DNA of 64,000 nt, from NCBI GenBank assembly GCA_046306055.1, contig JBKDXR010000039.1, forward strand, positions 65,039 to 129,038, written 5' to 3'. The translations under genes were made by a program, and so were the position numbers. The notes beneath the pieces are model-generated. The model searched no databases and was not told where the DNA came from. It saw only the letters and a program-made list of their open reading frames with translations. How positions within the stretch are numbered: position 1 is the stretch's first letter; each line of letters opens with the position of its first letter. This DNA is from Flavobacteriales bacterium (GTDB lineage: Bacteria; Bacteroidota; Bacteroidia; Flavobacteriales_F; PHOS-HE28). Of the stretch, positions 57,554 through 64,000 are shown one piece after another.

Positions 57554-59137
57554 CTAATGGGTCCCGGCCGAGGCTCCCCTATCGTACCGGGCCGCGAAGA
57601 TCTGTGATCCTTCCCGTTCCCCGACCAATTCAGGTGTGGAAAACGATCCCGGATCGAGCTGGTGCAGCCGAAGCACTTGGTCCACGCTCCAATCCTTGCG
57701 GTCGCTGAGCACCACAAAGACCTTCCCCCCGGGTCCTGGAGGCCCCTTCAACTGGGCCAATGGGACGCCTTCGCACCGAAGCATGAACCTGGCCACCGCA
57801 TCGGTCCGGGGTTCGCCCACCACGCGGTCGCTGGCCTCCAACAAGGGACGCACCTGTGCCACCAGCCGCACCACTTCATGCTCACGTGGCACCCTGTCCA
57901 CAATGACCCGTGCACCCGCGAACCCAAGACCGATGAACAATAGGACACTTGCGGCCGCCGAACGCTCCCGTTTGCCCAACGAAGGGAACACCCTTTCCTG
58001 CAGGAATTTCAGCAGGTAGAACAGCGCAATGGCCGAGCTTAAATGGAAAATGAAGAGGGTGTAAAGCCATTTCCGAGGCTGCCCCACATCGGCAATGACC
58101 AGTACCATGGGCACCGCTCCCAGGATCATGGCCAAAAGCAAGGTCCTGAACTTGGTGGAGATATAGGCCGCGTGCACCAGGCCTGCGAAACCCAAAAAGG
58201 CCACCCAAATGGTGGCGGTCTCCGAGAGGTACACCCAAACGTTCAAGGCGGCATCAGCGTGGCCTGCCGCGAATCGGCCCCAGTTCCGTTCGGAATGATC
58301 GCCGTGCCGGAAGACCTGTTCCACGCCCTGGTCCATGATCACCGGCAAATAGAACAGTACGGCCAAGACCAAGGTCAACATGAACGATAGCCCCAACCGC
58401 AACAAGCGACCATCCAACGAACGCTCATAATTGACCAACAGCGAGAGCAGCACCCAGATATAGACCATCAGTATGCCGTACATGGCCGTTGGCACGGACC
58501 ATATCCCAAGTGCAGCGGACAGGCCCATCACCAGTCCGGAGACGAGGTTGTCCTCCTTGATGAAATGCCTGCCCGCCAGCAACGCCATCACCATGAACAA
58601 CCAGGCCAGGCTGAAGCCATGGGAAAGGGCCGAGTACTCCACCAGTCCACCGGAGCCGGCCACCAACGCCAAGGCCATGAGCGCGATGTAACGGTTGAAC
58701 ATGGCCCTGACGAACAGGTAGAACAACGGCATGACCAGCACTCCGGCCAGATATGAGGGGAGCCTCACGGATATCAACGACACGCCGAACAGCCCCGTAC
58801 TGGCCTTCACAAGCATCGTATGCAGAACATGGTTGGTGTAATGGCCCATATCCCCGACAAGCTGACCGACCGGAAGGGTGGCGAAACGCAAATACCCCAT
58901 GGCCTCGTCGGCCGTAATGGGCTGGAACAACATCCAGCCGCGCAACAAGGCACCACCGATCACCAGGAAGGCCACCCAACGCTTGTGCGGTGTGGAGGTC
59001 CGTTTCATATACCGCTCCCGTACATCCTTCAGGTCGGCAACGAACCGCTGCCATACGCTGCCCTGCAGCGGGCGCGGGGCCGAACGCGACCTGCGCCCTT
59101 TGCGAGATGGTTCGTAGTGGCTCTCCGACATGCCCAA
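57554..59137 (-). CDS. multi-TM membrane protein, glycosyltransferase family 39 / PMT_2-like
   Basis: About 10 predicted TM helices, N-terminal Arg-rich cytoplasmic tail. Start ambiguous (59137 or 59008). Confidence 0.5.
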   Translation of the reverse strand: MGMSESHYEPSRKGRRSRSAPRPLQGSVWQRFVADLKDVRERYMKRTSTPHKRWVAFLVIGGALLRGWMLFQPITADEAMGYLRFATLPVGQLVGDMGHYTNHVLHTMLVKASTGLFGVSLISVRLPSYLAGVLVMPLFYLFVRAMFNRYIALMALALVAGSGGLVEYSALSHGFSLAWLFMVMALLAGRHFIKEDNLVSGLVMGLSAALGIWSVPTAMYGILMVYIWVLLSLLVNYERSLDGRLLRLGLSFMLTLVLAVLFYLPVIMDQGVEQVFRHGDHSERNWGRFAAGHADAALNVWVYLSETATIWVAFLGFAGLVHAAYISTKFRTLLLAMILGAVPMVLVIADVGQPRKWLYTLFIFHLSSAIALFYLLKFLQERVFPSLGKRERSAAASVLLFIGLGFAGARVIVDRVPREHEVVRLVAQVRPLLEASDRVVGEPRTDAVARFMLRCEGVPLAQLKGPPGPGGKVFVVLSDRKDWSVDQVLRLHQLDPGSFSTPELVGEREGSQIFAARYDRGASAGTH

Positions 59138-59173
59138 GCTGCGGTTATCCGATCCGGTCCGTGAGCAAAGCCC

Positions 59174-59548
59174 CTACCGGTGTACCTGTTTCATGGAGAC
59201 GATGCTGTCCACCACGAACTTGCTGTGACCACGCCATGGCAAGGAGGCCAGGTACTCCCGGTAATGCAGGTTGAACTGGTTGCCGCTGTTCACCATGAGC
59301 TCCTGGGCAACATGGGGGTCCTGCACTGAGAACAGGAACTCGAAGCTCTCCAGCGTACCGTTCTGGCTGCGAATGCCGGTCTGGATCATCTTGCCTTCGT
59401 AGGTCTTGAACAGGACCCCTTTGTGCACGATGTAATTGAGCTCGCCGGATTTCACGCCGGTGCCGAAGACCCAGAAATAACGCACGTATCCCACCACCCC
59501 GAGCACCAGCACCAGGATCAACAGGACCTTCCACAGGTGTTTTCGCAT
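59174..59548 (-). CDS. small membrane-anchored hypothetical protein
   Basis: N-terminal TM helix KVLLILVLVLGVVGYV. Start at MRKHLW. Confidence 0.45.
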   Translation of the reverse strand: MRKHLWKVLLILVLVLGVVGYVRYFWVFGTGVKSGELNYIVHKGVLFKTYEGKMIQTGIRSQNGTLESFEFLFSVQDPHVAQELMVNSGNQFNLHYREYLASLPWRGHSKFVVDSIVSMKQVHR

Positions 59549-59649
59549 GACCTCCCCTTTGGGCCGAAGATAGCCCGGTCCGATGCACGGGCAGGATGAC
59601 ACCGCTCATCCACTGCTCAATACCGCTCATCACTAAATAGTACTTTTCT

Positions 59650-59680
59650 TTGCATAGTACCAACAGTTACATATATGTTT
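59650..59680 (+). promoter_or_regulatory. Bacteroidetes-type sigma-A promoter (TTTG-N19-TATGTTTG) with overlapping 10-bp perfect palindrome ACATATATGT (59669-59678)
   Basis: -33 TTTG at 59650-59653 and -7 TAnnTTTG at 59673-59680, about 40 nt upstream of the padR ATG. The palindrome is a plausible PadR operator. Confidence 0.5.
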
Positions 59681-59718
59681 GCATCGTCAAGTACCATCCG
59701 CAACAGAACACCGGACGC

Positions 59719-60051
59719 ATGAACGTCGAGAACACCAAGGCACAGATGCGGAAAGGCGTGCTGGAATACTGTATCCTCAGCACCCTTTCGCAGGGAGAGC
59801 TGTACCCCTCGGACATCCTGGCCAAACTGAAGGAGGCCAAGCTGATCGTGGTGGAAGGCACGCTCTACCCCCTATTGAACCGTCTGAAGGACGCCGGACT
59901 GCTCACCTACCGTTGGGAGGAATCGCGTTCGGGTCCACCACGCAAGTACTTCACCCTGACCCCCTTGGGCGAGAAATTCCTCGCCGAACTGGACCAGACC
60001 TGGGACGAATTGAGCCTCGCCGTAAAAAAGACCACCCGCAGGACGCGTTAA
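59719..60051 (+). CDS. PadR family transcriptional regulator
   Basis: Winged-HTH PadR signature (GVLEYCILSTLSQGELYPSDILAKL...EGTLYPLLNRLKDAGLL). Confidence 0.85.
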   Translation: MNVENTKAQMRKGVLEYCILSTLSQGELYPSDILAKLKEAKLIVVEGTLYPLLNRLKDAGLLTYRWEESRSGPPRKYFTLTPLGEKFLAELDQTWDELSLAVKKTTRRTR

Positions 60052-60061
60052 CGAACGACCG

Positions 60062-61843
60062 ATGAAAAAGACCCTCACAGCCAACATCAGCGGCACGGTG
60101 TTCCACATTGAGGAGGACGCCTATGAGCAACTGAGCAGGTACCTCGCCACCATTCGAGGCCAATTCGCAAGCACCGAAGGTCGCGACGAGATCATGGCGG
60201 ATATCGAGGCCCGCATCGCGGAGCTCTTCACCGAACTACTGGGCGGTACGCGCAGCGTGGTGACCATTGCCGACGTGGAGCAGGTCATGCGCACCATGGG
60301 CCGTCCCGAGGACTATGCCGGCGAAGGCACGAACGACCAAGGCCCGACAGGCGCGCAACAAGACCCCGGCTTCCAGCAGGGCTCCGGCCGCAAGCGCCTG
60401 TTCCGGCATCCGCTGGACAAGTGGGTGGGCGGAGTGCTGGGCGGCATTGGGGCCTACTTCGGTACCGACCCGCTATGGCTGCGCATTCTCTTTATCGTAT
60501 TGTTCATCTTCGGCCTGGGCTCCCCCATCCTCATCTACCTCATCCTGTGGATCCTCGTCCCTATGGCCGACAGCGCTGCGGAGCGGCTGATGATGGAAGG
60601 CGAGCCCGTTACGGTGGACAACCTGAAGCGCGCCTTCGAAGAAGGTGCCGACCGGATGAAACGCGGAGCCGAGCAGATGGCCCGCGAAGCCGATGAACTG
60701 GGCCGCAAATGGTCCAGCGAACAGGGTCGGCAACGTCAGCGGGAAGCATTCAGCGGGGTCGAGCGGTTCGCCCAGGGGATCGTCGGGGTCCTCGCCAAGA
60801 TCGTCGGTTTCCTGATGCTCATTGGTGGCGCCGCGATAACCATCGCGCTGTTGGGGCTGCTCATTGGCGGTGGCACCATCACCTACGACAGCATCATTGG
60901 CCTTGGCGATATCGCCATGTTCGACCTGGCCTCCGTGGTGTTCGACAGCGCACAACAAGGCATGTGGTTCACGATCTGCTTCGTGCTGCTTGCGCTGATC
61001 CCAGCGATCGGGGCGTTCATTGGCGGGCTACGCCTGCTCACCGGCCTGCGCGCACCGCAGTGGATGGGCTGGATGATGGGCACTGCATGGATGGCCGCAA
61101 TGGTTGTGGTGATCATCATCGGCATTCGCTTGGGCAACGACATGGGCCACGATCAGCGCATCATTGAAGAGGTCCCTCTGGCCCAGCCAGCAGGCCAGAC
61201 CCTGTACCTCGGTGCCGACGACATGCGTGGCCTGGGACATGAATGGAGCATGAAACTCGATGATGGCCGAGTGGACTGGGACATGGACGGCCTTCGATTG
61301 ACACCGGACAGCATCCACATCGCGTGGGCCGAACTGGACGTGAAACCCAGCCCCGACAGCCTGTTCCACCTGCTGGTACATCGCCGGGGCCATGGCCGGA
61401 GCGACAAGATGGCCACAGCACGGGCCAGTCACATCCACTACAACTATGCGCAACAGGACTCGCTGGTACTGTTCTCCCCGTGGGTGAACATACCGGCCAA
61501 CGACAAACTTCGAGCCCAGTACGTGCGCTTCGTGGTGCAGGTACCCGTTGGACGCGCCGTTCACTTCCAAGGTGGTGTGGGCTTTCTGTTGGACGACGTG
61601 AAGAACGTGACCAATACGTGGGACGAGGACATGGTGGGCCAAACTTGGACCATGACCACCAATGGGCTCAGCAGCAGTGTGAGGCCGGAGGACATCCCCG
61701 ATGACCTTCCCCTACCGAACGGAAATGAACAAGACAAGCCTTCCGCACCCGTGAACACGACCGTGCAGAACAGGTCCGAACGTCAACCGGTGCCTGCAAC
61801 GCTGCCGAACATCATTTCGCTACTGGACCTCTCGGACCATTGA
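60062..61843 (+). CDS. PspC domain-containing membrane protein
   Basis: PspC domain (RLFRHPLDKWVGGVLGGIGAYFGTDPLWLRILFIVLFIFGLGSPILIYLILWILVP) and a long C-terminal extension. Canonical PadR-PspC gene pair. Confidence 0.8.
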   Translation: MKKTLTANISGTVFHIEEDAYEQLSRYLATIRGQFASTEGRDEIMADIEARIAELFTELLGGTRSVVTIADVEQVMRTMGRPEDYAGEGTNDQGPTGAQQDPGFQQGSGRKRLFRHPLDKWVGGVLGGIGAYFGTDPLWLRILFIVLFIFGLGSPILIYLILWILVPMADSAAERLMMEGEPVTVDNLKRAFEEGADRMKRGAEQMAREADELGRKWSSEQGRQRQREAFSGVERFAQGIVGVLAKIVGFLMLIGGAAITIALLGLLIGGGTITYDSIIGLGDIAMFDLASVVFDSAQQGMWFTICFVLLALIPAIGAFIGGLRLLTGLRAPQWMGWMMGTAWMAAMVVVIIIGIRLGNDMGHDQRIIEEVPLAQPAGQTLYLGADDMRGLGHEWSMKLDDGRVDWDMDGLRLTPDSIHIAWAELDVKPSPDSLFHLLVHRRGHGRSDKMATARASHIHYNYAQQDSLVLFSPWVNIPANDKLRAQYVRFVVQVPVGRAVHFQGGVGFLLDDVKNVTNTWDEDMVGQTWTMTTNGLSSSVRPEDIPDDLPLPNGNEQDKPSAPVNTTVQNRSERQPVPATLPNIISLLDLSDH

Positions 61844-61936
61844 CCCCGCGCAGGCGCAGTGAGGGCTGAACACCGCGCGGGACCCATCGCCCTGTCCGCT
61901 ATCCAGTGGACGGGGCGATCTCTTTTCACACCTGTA

Positions 61937-63283
61937 TCAATTCAACTTGACCACGCGGCCGTGGCGTTCCTCACTGGCCGTTGCGATCCGGACCTGGTAG
62001 GTCCCTGCCGGAAGGTCTTCCAGGTCACCGATCCGGACCGATGAACCGTACACCAGCACCACGTGATGTTCAAGCACCACCCGACCATCGGCCGCAAGCA
62101 ACGTGAGCGCGGCCTTGCCGGCCAGTTCCGGTACATCCACGAAGAAGTGGTCCACCACAGGATTGGGCGAAATGCGGCATGGCATGTTCCTGGAGGCTCC
62201 CTCATCAATGCCGACCGGGAGCAGACCGCCCTTGGACACGTTCAGGGTATACGCCGAAGAACCCTGCCGATGGGTGATATAGCCGACCACACGCAGGTTG
62301 CTGATATTCCATTCCACAGGAACGCTTCGCGTGAAGGTGTGGTTGTATACCGTACCAGCGACCGGTGAGGCCGGCACCACACCTGCAACACCCAATGTAC
62401 CTCCCATTACATCGCGCACGATCTGCTCATGCACGTAATTGGCAGAAGCATTGCTCTGAGTACCGGGCATATTGTCCTCCAGCAGGTAGGCGTTGAGGGT
62501 GAATTCTCCACTGAAGGCCGTCTGGAAGTTCACCGAGACCGTTACCGTGAGATCACGCGTCCATTCGTTCACCGTGGAGTTCACCGTTACTGAGACCGGA
62601 GAAACACCCTGCATTCGGGCTTGCGTTTGCGCATCCCATAGGTCGTAGTTCGGGTTGGGGGCGTACATACCATACTCCCCTTGGTCCATGACACCCGCCG
62701 GCGTGTAGGTAACGTCGTACTGTCCGAAATAGGCCGTGCTGGATGGCGACGAGTACTCGTCCACCGCATGATGCTTGGCAACAATGATGTGCGGATCGGT
62801 ATCCAGCAGGTTGCCCATGGTGTTGGCCGGAGGACAGTTCGGGCACCACGTACCGGTCCACGCATCCAGCAACACCGACTTCTCGCTCCACTGGGTGATC
62901 GCCGTCACAGGAAAGAACAAGGTATCATTGGCCGGGTTGGTCTCCCCGAACGTGACCACCCAGATCTTCAACATGCCCGTTCCCGGGGATGCAGGCTCGA
63001 ACGCTACCGGGTGTGTATATGGCCAGTACTGATTCCCAGTGATGCCCGTTGTGTTCTGCCAGAACCCTTCGTTCACCGCACCATTGCCCCAACGCCAATC
63101 CACCCGGAAGGTGAACAATGGCGAACTGCTGTAGTTGCGCACCCGCACATCAATGGTGTTGGGCGCCGCGGTGCGGATGAACCGGGGGATGTAGTAGTTC
63201 GTGAGATACGCATCCTGGGCGCTGGCCATGGTGGCCGCAGCGAACAAGGAGACCATCAACAGGTTACGTGGCATACCGCGCAT
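61937..63283 (-). CDS. T9SS (type A CTD) secreted protein with thioredoxin-like WCPNC motif
   Basis: Signal peptide. C-terminal Por tail (ISPNPVVDHFFVDV...GTYQVRIA). Internal TWCPNCP CxxC motif. Start at 63283 or 63274. Confidence 0.6.
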   Translation of the reverse strand: MRGMPRNLLMVSLFAAATMASAQDAYLTNYYIPRFIRTAAPNTIDVRVRNYSSSPLFTFRVDWRWGNGAVNEGFWQNTTGITGNQYWPYTHPVAFEPASPGTGMLKIWVVTFGETNPANDTLFFPVTAITQWSEKSVLLDAWTGTWCPNCPPANTMGNLLDTDPHIIVAKHHAVDEYSSPSSTAYFGQYDVTYTPAGVMDQGEYGMYAPNPNYDLWDAQTQARMQGVSPVSVTVNSTVNEWTRDLTVTVSVNFQTAFSGEFTLNAYLLEDNMPGTQSNASANYVHEQIVRDVMGGTLGVAGVVPASPVAGTVYNHTFTRSVPVEWNISNLRVVGYITHRQGSSAYTLNVSKGGLLPVGIDEGASRNMPCRISPNPVVDHFFVDVPELAGKAALTLLAADGRVVLEHHVVLVYGSSVRIGDLEDLPAGTYQVRIATASEERHGRVVKLN

Positions 63284-63370
63284 GTGCTGGTTGTTCAGGG
63301 TGGACGAAGGTAATCCGCCGACCTTGGTCGTTCCGTGGGACCTTACCTTCGTGCCTTGCATTCATACGCC

Positions 63371-64000
63371 ATGAGCAAAGCATCCAAGATCAAGCAGTTC
63401 GACCCGAACAGCCCCGCCTCGGCCAGCGCCAATATCTATGGTCTCCCCTTCACGGCCGAAGAGAGCGACATGGTGCTTGTGCCGGTGCCTTGGGAAGTGA
63501 CCACGAGCTATGGCGGGGGTACATCACACGGCCCGGCCGCCATCCGCGAGGCCAGCTTCCAGGTGGACCTGTATCACCCGGAGTTCCCTGACCTGTGGAA
63601 ACGGGGCATCCATTTCGACGAGCTGCCCAAGGCGCTGTTGGAGCAGAGCAAGGCGCTGAAGAAGGAGGCGGCCCACGTGATAGATGTGCTCGTGAACGGC
63701 GGCAACGAGAAGCAGAAAGCCCGTGCCCAAAAAGCCTTGGAAAAGGTGAACGCCGAGTGCGCTGTGATGAACGACTGGGTGGAACAGCGCTGCGGCTATT
63801 GGATGGACCAGGGCAAACTGTTAGGCCTGGTCGGCGGTGATCACAGCACGCCATTGGGCCTCTTCCGCGCCCAGGCCGCACGCCACAAGAAGTTCGGCAT
63901 CCTGCACATCGATGCGCACCTCGACCTGCGCATCGCCTATGAAGGCTTCACGTACAGCCACGCCAGCATTCTGTACAACGCGCTTCCCATCAAGCAGTTG
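63371..64000 (+). CDS. arginase-family hydrolase (formimidoylglutamase/agmatinase-like), 3' end outside window
   Basis: GGDHSTPLG and ILHIDAHLDLR Mn-binding motifs of the arginase fold. The ORF runs off the window end and is therefore absent from the ORF track. Confidence 0.65.
   Translation, partial: MSKASKIKQFDPNSPASASANIYGLPFTAEESDMVLVPVPWEVTTSYGGGTSHGPAAIREASFQVDLYHPEFPDLWKRGIHFDELPKALLEQSKALKKEAAHVIDVLVNGGNEKQKARAQKALEKVNAECAVMNDWVEQRCGYWMDQGKLLGLVGGDHSTPLGLFRAQAARHKKFGILHIDAHLDLRIAYEGFTYSHASILYNALPIKQL

Noticed and set aside
1-64000. Search for CRISPR arrays, tRNA/rRNA genes, transposases, integrases or phage genes
   Set aside because: No regularly spaced direct repeats, no cloverleaf-compatible ~75-nt intergenic segments, and no DDE or tyrosine-recombinase motifs were seen. 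Intergenic regions are short (mostly under 200 nt) and explained by promoters and terminators.
39957-64000. Possibility of a canonical hut operon (hutH-hutU-hutI-hutG)
   Set aside because: hutH (39957-41462) and the arginase-family gene (63371-) are 22 kb apart and on different strands, with unrelated genes between them. No hutU or hutI motifs were seen in the window.

Overview
This 64 kb window is high-GC (roughly 60-65%) bacterial chromosome with hallmarks of Bacteroidota. It is densely coding on both strands, with about 50 genes. Eight predicted proteins end in type IX secretion system (T9SS) C-terminal sorting domains. Three carry the type B gliding-motility CTD (SprB-repeat adhesin at 6209-8326, CotH at 25852-28608, PKD giant at 33084-39170) and five carry the type A Por tail (387-2453, 13336-15003, 28726-29769, 43003-44001, 61937-63283). 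Genes with SprB and PKD repeats, a TonB-dependent receptor and a PadR-PspC module are also present, and at least one promoter matches the Bacteroidetes TTTG / TAnnTTTG pattern. Housekeeping and metabolic genes recognised with good confidence are gabD (NAD-dependent succinate-semialdehyde dehydrogenase), kynA (tryptophan 2,3-dioxygenase), murQ, hisS, an EttA-like ABC-F ATPase, a histidine ammonia-lyase family gene, M42 and S9 peptidases, a NUDIX hydrolase, an MnmD-like tRNA methyltransferase, a GlcD-like FAD oxidase, a voltage-gated K+ channel and a MerR/B12-binding regulator. No rRNA, tRNA, CRISPR array, transposase or integrase was recognised. The most unusual locus is a tightly coupled two-gene operon on the minus strand (47120-53794), flanked by AT-rich sequence and bordered by a DUF4143 AAA+ ATPase gene. 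The first gene encodes an HExxH zinc metallopeptidase-like protein. The second, 3 nt downstream, encodes an 1808-aa protein with a degenerate kinase-like N-terminus, a DUF4011-like region, a Upf1-like SF1 helicase core carrying a ~540-aa insertion, a Vsr/DUF559-like endonuclease domain, a Pro-rich linker and a C-terminal WGR domain. I propose this as a candidate nucleic-acid surveillance or defence system, Nhi-like in its helicase-nuclease logic but with extra sensor modules. All functional calls rest on sequence-motif recognition by eye; no database search was possible.
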